64,000 bases of DNA from NCBI RefSeq assembly GCF_009914755.1, contig NC_060935.1; one strand, written 5' to 3'. The position numbers were made by a program, and so were the translations under genes. Of this stretch, positions 25,569 to 44,150 are shown piece after piece. Numbering within the stretch: position 1 is the stretch's first letter; each line of letters opens with the position of its first letter. The notes beneath the pieces were generated by a model. That model did no database searches. It worked only from the letters and a program-made list of their open reading frames with translations, and was not told where the DNA came from. The stretch is from the human T2T-CHM13v2.0 reference genome, Homo sapiens.

Positions 25569-26124
25569 TCAAGGATCTTTGCAGCGTGGGCAAGGAGGGA
25601 ATACAAAATCGGTGTTTCCTTCTGCCTCTTAATTCCAAGATGCTGGAACTGGGGTGGGAAGCCAAGCCATTGACCAGAACCAGGGCTACAACTCGGGGGT
25701 GAGTGTGGGAGTTTAAATGCAGGATCCACACTGGTTACAGCTGAACTGGAGCCACAGATTCCTGTCACTTTCTGCCTCCAGGGATCAAGTACCATGGGTC
25801 TCGACCTGACCAGCCTGAAGGTTTGGGAGGCCCCGTCAGGGGATGGGGGCAAGTTACTTTCCCTAAAAGAATGAAGAGGCTACATCTGGTGACCAGACAC
25901 AAACATGGAGGCAGAGGGTAATAAGGATGATACATACAATTTATTCAGTTCCTATTTCTTTTACTTTAGTATTCCTAATCTGTAAAAGCATCATAAAAAA
26001 AAATGTATGATTAATCTCATTTTACAGATGAAGAGACTGACGGTCCGAGATGTAGAATAGCTAACCTAATTTAGTGTAAAGCCAGGACTTTGAACTTGCT
26101 GTCTCTGTGTTTCATCTACTTCAG

Positions 26125-26341
26125 ATGGCTCCCTAATGAGTAGAATGAGACCTGTGTGCCAACCCTGGCCTAGTCCTCATGCCCCCACAACTGTGAAGCG
26201 AGAGGGCTCAACAGTTTCGAATTCAATTCAACCACCACCTCCTGAATACCAACTAGGTTCCAGGACCTGGCTAGAAGCAGAGACACCAGGACAGAAAAGA
26301 CAGTGTTCTGCTTTCATGGAGTTCACAGAAGAGTCGAGGAG
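26125..26341 (+). other. Candidate cassette exon built from MIR and antisense L2 (possibly of an alternative long PRSS23 transcript)
   Basis: Acceptor CTGTGTTTCATCTACTTCAG| and perfect donor GAG|GTAAGT; ORF from ATG 26136 stays open to the donor (206 nt). Confidence 0.6.
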
Positions 26342-26472
26342 GTAAGTTCATATCAGATTATCACAAAGCAGTGTGCTTAATGGTGCTTAAATCTTTTCAT
26401 GTTTCCACATTTTCTAATGCATTTTAACGGAGCAAAGCAATGTCACATTGGTTTCATCAAGAATTCAGAGCA

Positions 26473-26812
<340 letters not shown>

Positions 26813-26856
26813 TCAAAGCCAAAAGAGGGCTCTGCCCTTTAGAAGAAGGGGAATCA

Positions 26857-27143
<287 letters not shown>

Positions 27144-27212
27144 ACAAAATGGAGGAAAGTAAGAACAGTGGGGTGAGGCCTTTGAACTCTGAAATTATGA
27201 TGGAACCCAGTC

Positions 27213-33394
<6,182 letters not shown>

Positions 33395-33396
33395 TG

Positions 33397-35216
33397 ACTC
33401 TGTAATATCCTATAGAAGTGTTGCTCCTCATATCACAGGGGCTATACACCCCGTAATATTATTCGTAATATCCTAGGGAGACATTACTACTAATATCACA
33501 GAGGTGTACACCCTTTAACATTATTTGTAATATCCTAGGAAGATATTACTCCTAATATCTCACTGGGTGTACACCCTGTGATATTATTCATGATATCCTA
33601 GGGAGATGTTCCTCCTAATGTCATCAGGGGTGTACACCCTGTGACATCATTTGAAATATTCTATGGGGATGTTACTTTTAAAGTCACAGGGGGTTTACAA
33701 ACTGTGATATTATACATAATGTGCTACACGGATGTTACTCCTAATGTCACAGGCGTGTACACCCAGTGATATTATTTGGAATATCCTAGGGGGATGTTTC
33801 TCCTAATGTCAACGGGGTTTACAACTTGTAATACTATTCGTAATATCCTAGGCGGATGTTATTCCTAATGTCACAGAAGGTGTACACTCCGTGATATTAT
33901 TTTTTATATCCTAGCAGGATGTTATTACTAATGTCACAATGCTTGTACACCCTGCGATATTATTCATAATATCCTAAGGGAATATTACTCCTAATGTCAT
34001 AGCGGGTTTACACCTTTTTGTATTATTCGTAATATCCTAAGGGAATATTACTCCTAATGTCATAGCGGGTTTACACCTTTTTGTATTATTCGTAATATCC
34101 TAGAAAGTTGTTACTCCTCATGTCACAGGGTGTGTACACCCTGTGATATTTTTTGTAATATCCTAGTGGGATGATACTCCTAATGTCATAGCAGGTGTAC
34201 CCCCTGTGAAATTTTTTGTAATAGTTTTGGGGGATGTTACTTTTAATGTTACACGTGGTATACACACCGTGATATTATTCGTAATAGCCTATAGAAATGT
34301 TACTCTTAATATCACCGGGGCTCTACACCCTGTAATATTATTCATAATATCCTAGGGGAATGTTACTACTAATGTCACAGGGGGTGTACGCCCTGTGATA
34401 TCATTCCTAATATTCTAGGGGATGTTACTCCTAATGTCACAGGGGGTGTACACACTGTGATGTTATTCATAATATCCTAAAGGTATGTTACTACCAATGT
34501 CATAATGCTTGTACACCTTGTGATATTATTTCTAATATTCTAGAGAGATGTTACTCCTAGTGTCGCAGCGGGTATACACCCTGTCATATTATTTGTAATA
34601 TCCTATGCCAGTGTTCCTCCTAATGTCACAGGTGATGTGCACCTTGTGATATTATTCACAATATTCCGGAATGATGTTACTCCTCATGTTCCAGTGTGTG
34701 TACACCCTGTGATATTATTCGTAATATCCTAGGGGGACCTTACTCCTAATGTTCGAGATGGTGTAACTCCCGTGATATTACTCATAATATCCGAGGTAAA
34801 TGTTACTCCTAATGTCACAGGGGATGTATGCCATGTATGTACACCCCCTGTGATATTCTTCATAATATTCTATGGGGATGTTGTTAATATTACTGGTGGT
34901 GTTCACCATGTGCGTACACCCCCAGTGATGTCATTCATAATATCGTAGGGAGATATAATTCCTAATATCACAGTGGGTGTACCACATATGTGAACACCCT
35001 TGATATTATTCATAACATCCAGGGTAAATATGACTTCTAATATCACAGAGGGTGTACACCTGGGGATATTTTTCACAATATTTTAGGGAAATATGGCTTC
35101 TAATATCACAGTGGGTGTACTCCATGTGTGTACACTCTGTGATAGTATTTTTCATATCCTAGGGAGCTATTACTCTTAATATCACAGTGGGTCTTCACCC
35201 TGTGATATTATTCGTA
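33397..35216. repeat. SATR-family satellite array, ~63-bp unit
   Basis: Diverged tandem units like GATGTTACTCCTAATGTCACAGGGGTGTACACCCTGTGATATTATTCGTAATATCCTAGG; period 63 measured at 34431/34494. Confidence 0.9.
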
Positions 35217-35282
35217 TTTGACCTTGCTGCCTTTTTTAACCCACACTACAAAAGGAATGGAACAGATAATAAAATAATGAGA

Positions 35283-36229
35283 TTAAACTGTTCTGCCATG
35301 CAACCACCACAGGACCCTTTTGATGTCCCTGTTTCTCAGTCTGTAGATGAAGGGGTTCAGCATGGGGGTGATCACCGTGTACATCATTGAGGCCACTGCA
35401 CCCTTTCTGGGGGAAGATGACACATCTGAACTCAGGTACCCCCCAACGACTTTTCCATAAAATAAGCAAACAACTGACAGGGGAGACCCACAGGTGGAGA
35501 AGGCTTTATACTTCCCACCTGATGATGAAACACTCAGCATGGAGGAAACAATTTTATAGTAAGAGAAAATGATCCGTGAGATAGGAAGAAAACCAAATAT
35601 GGCAGCAAGGAAATACATGACTATGTTATTGGTGAAGGTGTCACAACACGCAAGGTGTGGGAGTTGAGAAGGGTCACAGAAGAAATTAGGAATTTCCACA
35701 TCCTTGATGCAGGTCATTTGTAAGGCAATCAAATTGTGCAGCTGGGAGTCTAAAAGACTGAGAAAAAAAAAAACACAAAACTAGGAAGCCACAGAAACAT
35801 GGGTTCATGATGGCTGAATAATATAGAGGGTGACAGATGGCTACAAACCGGTCATAGGCCCTCACACTCAGGAGCATGTCTTTCTTCCATGCCTCCAAAA
35901 ACAGCAAAGAGAGACATCTGAGTCAGGCAGCCTGCATAGGAGATGACTCTGCTGTGAGATTGGATGTCCACAATCATCTTGGGGACCGTGTTGGAGGTGA
36001 AACCGATGTCAGCCAAGGACAGGTTGGAGAGGAAGAAGTACATGGGGGTGTGGAGGTGGAAGTCAGAGCTGACGGCCAGGATAATGAGCAGATTCTCCAG
36101 CACCATGACTAGGTACATGAACAGGAACAGCCCAGCGAGGGCCAGCTGCAGTTTTGGATCCTCTGAGAGTTCTAGGAGGAGGAATTTTGAAGCATCTGTT
36201 AGATTCTGTGGGTCTGTATAGTTCGGACA
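35283..36229 (-). pseudogene. OR7E13P: Olfactory receptor family 7E pseudogene
   Basis: OR motifs split over three frames: [52 protein letters not shown]. Subfamily 7E is secure; the exact symbol is from recalled locus order. Confidence 0.85.
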
Positions 36230-36231
36230 TG

Positions 36232-39200
36232 TATATATATATATATATTTACTGTTGCAAGATTTAATAGAGTGAAGACAGAGCTCCCATACAAAGGGAG
36301 GGGATCCATAGAGGGTAGCCATTGCTGGCTCGAATGCCTGGGTTTATATCCAGATCATTTTCCCTCCCACTGTGCTCTCAGGCCATAGATGATTGGCTAT
36401 TTCTTTACCTCCTGTTTTTGCCTAATTAGCATTTTAGTAAGCTCTCTTATTGGTCGGGCGTGAGCTAAGTTGCAAGCCCCGTGTTTAAAGGTGGATGCAG
36501 TCACCTTCCCACCTAGGCTTAGGGATTCTTAGTTGGCCTAGGAAATCCAGCTAGTCCTGTCTCTCAGTCCCCCCTCTCAACAGGAAAACCCAAGTACTGT
36601 TGGGGAGGTTGGCCGACTGACCACTCTAACTGCTTCTTGCTGAATTGGGGCATAGTAGGGGTTGTGCAGTTGAGATTTCCTCGGGAGGGGTGCCTTCGAT
36701 GTCATTAACATCAGAGCATGTGCTAGCAGGCCGGTCCAGGGGTCCATGGTAGATCTTAGTCATGGACTGCATCTGGGGCTCCATTTGAAGAACATTTGTA
36801 GTTTTACAGCTTCGATTCTGGAAGAGACAAACTTAACAAGGAGGTTAGAGATACAGGGATTGAAATGTATGGCCTGCAGTGCAGGGGATTATTTCTTTGG
36901 CACACTTCACAGGCCCTGACCATCTGCTTAATAGTTTTGAAGAGGCCTGGTCCAGTAAATAAGAATTTGGCCATCTGATGGGTGCTATCAATGCCTAAGT
37001 GAAAGATTTGGTGAAGGGTTTTAAGTAATTTTCATTGGTTAGCTGCAGGCAAAAGTATTTTTCCTTCTTCGGTGGCTAGTCATCCTGAGGGGAGGAAACT
37101 ATGTCCTCCTGAGGTTCCCCATTCTATTTCTTCTTCTGAGTACCGGGACTTGGTTTTCCCGAGGGGATTACCCAAACTAGGGGTCCTTCTATAAGCATTT
37201 CTAATGAAGCGTCCTGCCTTGCGGTTCTTTTGGCTTCAATATCTGCTTGGTGATTCCCTTCTATTTTCCTTTCCTTTCCTTTCCTTTCCTTTCCTTTCCT
37301 TTCCTTTCCTTTTTCCTTTCCTTTCCTTTCCTTTCCTTTCCTTTCCTTTCCTTTCCTTTCCTTTCCTATGACTCCGGCAGTGTAAGACTGCCACCTCTTT
37401 AGGTTGCTGTACAGCCAATAATAATTTCCTAATGGCTTCCTGATGTTTGATAGGTGTTCCCTCGGAAGTTAGGAATTCCCTTTCTCTCCATATTGCTGCA
37501 TGGGCATGGAGGACTAGGTAAGCATACATAGAGTCTGTATATATATTTACCCTTTTTCCTTCTCCTAATTCTAGTGCCCGAGTAAGGGCTATTAGTTCTG
37601 CCAGCTGAACAGTAGTTCCTGGAGTGAGGGGATTACTTTCAAGTATTCCATTATCACTGACCACTGCATACCCCGCTTTTCGAAGTCCTTTTCCTACAAA
37701 GTAACTTCCATCAGTATACAAGTTGAGGTGGGGATCAGTCAAGGGAACCTCTAAATGGTCCCCTCAAGTGGCATAGGTTTGAGCAATTACTTGTTGACAG
37801 TTATATTCTACCTTTTCTTCATTGTCTGGAAGAAATGTAGCTGGGTTAAGAGTTGCACAAGTGTGCAGTTGCAGCACTGGCCTTTCAAGTAATAGAGCCT
37901 GATATTTAAGTAAACAGTTGTCTGACAGCCACAAGTCTCCTTTAGCAGTGAGTATGCCTTTCACATCATGAGATGTCCACACAGTAAGATCTCTTCCTTG
38001 TATTATTTTAACTGCTTCAGATACTAAGACTGCTACTGCCACCACTACCTGTAAACAATGAGGCCAACCTTTTGCCGCTACATCAATTTCCTTACTCAGG
38101 TATGCCATGGGTTGCAAGCTCATCCCTTGGACCTGTGTAAGGACTCCTAGAGCTATTCCTGTTTTTTCTGTGACATATAAAGAAAAGTCTTGCCCCGTTG
38201 GCAAGCTTAACACTGGGGCTTGGGTTAGGGCCCTCTTTAGGGCCTGGAAAGCTGCTTCTGCTTCAGGGGTCCATCTTACTAAATGGGTATTGGCTTTTTG
38301 AGTTTCCTTAATTAGTGTATATAATGGTCTGGCTATTTCGTCTTACCTGGGAATCCATATTCGGCAGAAACCTGTTATGCCAAGGAACCCTCTTAGTTGC
38401 TTTAGGGTTTTAGGATGAGATTAAGCCAGTATAGGCTGGATACGTTCCTCACTGAGGGCCCTGGTGCCTTTGGATAATTTTAGCCCTAAGTACGTAACCT
38501 CCTGTGAGCAGAGCTGAGCCTTTGGTTTGGAAACCTTGTAGCCACAGGTAGTGAGGAAATTTAAGAGTGCTTGGGTGGCTTGATGGCACAAGGTTTCTGA
38601 ACGGGCAGCTAAAAGTAAATCATCCACGTACCGAAGGACAAGAGTGTCCAGGTATGAGAATTGGCTCAAGTTTTGGGCTAATACCTGGCCAAATAGATGG
38701 GGGCTATCCCTGAACCCTTTCGGTAAAACAGTCCAGGTGAGTTGAGATGTGGGGTTTGAAGGTTCTTCAAAGGCAAACAAGAATTGAGAGTCAGGATGTA
38801 CAGGGATGCAGAAAAAGGCATCCTTAAGGCCCAGGACTGTAAACCACTCTGCTTCCTCTGGTATTTGAGAAAGCAGAGTGTAAGGGTTAGGTACAGCTGG
38901 GTATAGAGGGACAAGGGCCTCATTGATAATCCTGAGATCTTGCACTAACCTCCACTGTCCGTTGGGTTTCTGTACTCCTAAAATTGGAGTATTGCAGGGG
39001 CTATTGCACGGTTTTACTAGGCCTTGGGCTTTTAGGTCCTTAACAATCTTTTGGAGTCCTTGTTGGGCCTTGGGGTCTAAGGGGATACTGCCTTTGGTAG
39101 GGAAAGGAGGCAGAATCCTTTAGTTTGACTTGAACAGGATGGGTATTCTTTGCTCATCCATATTGTCCTTCTGTTACACAGACTTCAGGATTAATTCCTT

Positions 39201-39571
39201 CCTCAAGCAGGGAAGAACAAATGGGTGTTCCTTTTCCTATGTTCAGGTGTGTAATAGCCCCTGCTTTTGCTAGAATATCTCTCCCTAACAAGGGAGTGGG
39301 GCTTTCAGGCATAATTAGAAAAGCATGTGAAAACAGTAAAGCTCCCTAGTCACAACTTAGTGGCTGGGAGAAGTATCTAGTGACTGGCTGTCCCAGGACC
39401 CCTCGAATAGTGACAGATCTGGAGGACAGTTGTCCAGGACAGGAGAGTAAGACTGAGAAGGCCGTGCCAGTGTCCAGGAGACAATTAACCTCCTGGCTGT
39501 CAATGGTCAAGCATACCCAGGGCTCTGTGAGGGTGATGGCATGGACTGGCACTTGCCCCGGGCACCCTCAG
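36232..39571 (-). mobile_element. HERV-W (HERV17/LTR17) processed pseudogene, 5'-truncated, with IN/env deletion
   Basis: Protease LDTG, RT LPKGFRDSP and YVDD, RNase H YTDGS; env tail, PPT and U3-R of LTR17 (TGAGAGACAGGACTAGCTGG at 36566); ends after ATTAAA at R with no U5, followed by an (AT)n tail; long TSD. Confidence 0.9.
37265..37366. repeat. (CCTTT)n microsatellite expanded inside HERV-W RNase H
   Basis: About 20 CCTTT units with one interruption. Confidence 0.95.
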
Positions 39572-40238
39572 AGTTTGGACATATTTTGAGTAGAAAAGAG
39601 GATTGAAAAATAGAAAACAAGTAAACCAACACCCAGAACTGTGTCTGCATTTTGGATATAAGCAATTCACAAGTAATGTTTTCAGATTTCAGAGCAATCC
39701 ACACTCAGCAATATTGTGCAGTTCTGACAAACTCAATTTTTTTATAATTCTTTTATTGAGTTTTGTGTTATTCACTTCTTGCTGTACACACCTGCCTTAG
39801 AGACACTAGATTCAAGAATGTTCCAAGAACCAGATCATCATATATAACAAATTCATAATTGCTAGAAAATACAGCCTATCTTTTCCAAAGAAAAATATGT
39901 AATAAAATCATTCTCTTTGCTTTAAGAAAAAGTTTATCCTAATTAAAAGAAATTAAGAACTCAAATGTATTATTTTATTCTAATAGATTGCCACAAGTTC
40001 CCTTGATTTAGAACATTTATAAACACTGTGTAACAGCTGAGACCAGGTCATCTGGAAATAAAATTATAGTTGATAGTTCATAATCAGAAAATATTTCCAG
40101 ATGCCAGTTATGTTCTCTGACTTTTCTCCTTCAAGAGAGTAATTGCTTACTCGAGTAGGTGGGCCTTGTTTTAAAATTCATGTAAGATATAACTTCTGTC
40201 CCTAGCTTAGGCGGACTTAGAGATTTCATAAGAAAGTT

Positions 40239-40991
<753 letters not shown>

Positions 40992-43834
40992 AGAAACGGT
41001 ACACTCTTGACCAAATAGTGCACTTTTCCCATTGTCATAGCAAATAGCAGACCAGGAGATACCCTCCCATGCCTGGCTTGGTGGGTGCCACAGCCACGGA
41101 GACTTGCTCACTGTTAGCACAGCAGTCTGAGATCAACCTGTGGGGCTGCAGCTTGATGGGGAGAGGGGCATCTGCCATTGCTGAGGCTTGAGTAGCTCAC
41201 AGTGTAAACAAAGCTGCCAGGAAGCTCAAACTGGCTGGAACCCACCACAGCTCAGCAAGGCCTACTGCCTCTCTAGATTTCACATCTGGGGGCAGGGCAT
41301 AGCAGAACGAAAGGCAGCAGACAGATTCTGCAGACTTAAACATCCCTGTCTGACAGCTCTGAAGAGAGCAGTGGTTCTCTCAGCATGGCATTCCAGCTCC
41401 AAGAACAGACATACTGCCTCCTCAAGTGGGTCCCTGAACCCTGTGTAGCCTGACTGGGAGACGTCTCCCAGAAGGGGAGCAAAGACACCTCAAACAGGTG
41501 GGTGCCCCTCTCAGATGAAGCTTCCAGAGGAAAGATCGGGCAGCAATATTTGCTGTTCTGCAGCCTCCACTGGTGATGCCCAGGCAAACAGGTTCTGGAA
41601 TCGACCTCCAGTAAACTCCAAGAGACCTGCAACTGAGGGGCCTGACTGTTAGAAGGAAAACTAACAAAGAGAAAGGAATAGCATCAACATCAACATCAAC
41701 AAAAAGGACATCCACATGAAAACCCCATCTGTAGGTCACCAATATCAAAGACCAAAGGTAGATAAAACCACAAAGATAGGGAGAAACCAGAGCAGAAAAG
41801 CAAAAAATTAAAAAAAAAAAAACAACAGAGCGCCTCTTCTCCTCCAAAGGATTGCAGCTCCTCGCCAGCAAGGGAACAAAACTGGATGGAGAATGAGCTT
41901 AACGAGTTGACAGAAGTAGACTTCAGAAGGTCAGTAGTAACGAACTTCTCTGAGCTAAAGGAGCATGTTCTAACCAATCACAAGGAAGCTAAAAACCTTG
42001 AAAAAAGGTTAGACGAGTGGCTAACTAGAATAAACAGTGCAGAAGAGACCTTAAATTACCTGATGGAGCTGAAAACCACAGCAGGAGAACTTCATGATGC
42101 ATGCGTTATCAGTGACTGAAGGTCAAATTAATGAAATAAAGTGAGAAGAATAGAGAAAAAAGAGGGAAAAAACCTAACAAAGCCTCCAAGAAATATGGGG
42201 CTATGTGAAAAGACCAAATCTATGTTTGATTGATGTACCTCAAAGTGATAGGGAGAATGGAACCAAGTTAGAAAACACTCTTCAGGATATTATCCAGGAG
42301 AACTTCCCTAACGTAGCAAGGCAGGCCAACATTCAAATTCAGGAAATACAGAGAACACCACAAAGATATTCCTTGAGAAGAGCAACCCCAAGACACATAA
42401 TCGTCAGATTCACCAAGGTTGAAATGAAGGAAAAATGTTAAAGGCAGCCAAAGAGAAAGGTCAAGCTACCCAGAAAGGAAAGTGCATCAGACTAACAGCA
42501 GATCTCTTGGCAGAAACCCTACAAGCCAGAAGAGAGTGGGGGCCAATATTCAGCATTCCTAAAGGAAAGAATTTTCAATCCAGAATCTCGTATGCAGCCA
42601 AACTAAGCTTCATAAGTGAAGGAGAAATAAAATCTTTCACAGACAAGCAAATGCTAAGAGATTTTGTCATCACCAGGCCTGCCTTACAAGAGCTCCTGAA
42701 GGAAGCACTAAACATGGAAAGGAACAACCTGTACCAGCCACTGCAAAAACATGCCAAATTGTAAAGACATCGATGCTATGAAGAAACTGCATTAATTAAT
42801 GGACAAAATAACCAGCTAACATCATAATGACAGGATCAAATTCAAACATAGTAATATTAACCTTAAATGTAAGTGGGCTAAATGCCCAAATTAAAAGCTA
42901 CAGATTGGCAAATTGGATAAAGAGTCAAGACCCATCAGTGTGCTGTATTCAGGATACCCATCTCATGTGCAAAGATGCACATAGGCTCAAAATAAAAGGA
43001 TGGAGGAAGATCTACCAAGCAAATGGAAAGCAAAACAAACAAACAAACAAAAAAAGCAGGGATTGCAATCCTAGTCTTTGTTAAAACAGACTTTAAACCA
43101 ACAAAGATCAAAAGAGACAAAGAAGGCCACTACATAATGGTAAAGGGATCAATTAAACAAGAAGAGCTAACTATCCTAAATATATATGCACCCAATACAG
43201 GAGCACCTAGATTCATAAAGCAAGTCCTTAGAGACCTACAAAGAGACTCCCACACAATAATAATGGGAGGCTTTAACACCCCACTTCAGTATTAGACAGA
43301 TCAACAAGACAGAAGGTTAACAAGGATATCCAGGACTTGAACTCACCTCTGGAACAAGTGGACCTAATAGACATCTACAGAACTCTCTACCCCAAATCAA
43401 CAGAATATACATTCTTGTCAGCACCACATCACACTTATTCTAAAATTGACCACATAATTGGAAGTAAAACACTCCTCAGCAAATGTAAAAGAACAGAAAT
43501 CACAACAAATTATCTGTCAGACCACAGTGCAATCAAAGTACAATTCAGGATTAAGATACTCACTCAAAACTGCACAACTACATGGAAACTGAGCAACCTG
43601 CTCCTGAGTGACTACTGGGTAAATAGCAAAATGATGGCAGAAGTGAAGATGTTCTTTTGGCAGAAGTGAAGATGTTCTTTAAAACCAGTGAGAACAAACA
43701 CACAACATACCAGAATCTCTGGGACACATTTAAAGCAGTGTGTAGAGGGAAATTTATAGCACTAAATGCCCACAAGAGAAAGAAGGAAAGATCTAAAATT
43801 GACACCCTGACATCAAATTAAAAGAACTAGGGAA

Positions 43835-44150
<316 letters not shown>

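Noticed and set aside
27183-27200. TGAACTCTGAAATTAT versus TGACTCTGTAATAT (33395) as a TSD for the L1PA3
   Set aside because: Imperfect, not adjacent to the poly(A), and the right-hand word is explained by the satellite unit.
35876-36221. Plus-strand ORFs here and at 60517-60795 that resemble each other
   Set aside because: Antisense shadows of the two paralogous OR7E pseudogenes.
36252-36566. Solo LTR or conventional provirus reading of the LTR17 piece
   Set aside because: No U5, no second LTR, and a tail with a long TSD instead of a 4-bp one; it is an L1-processed copy.
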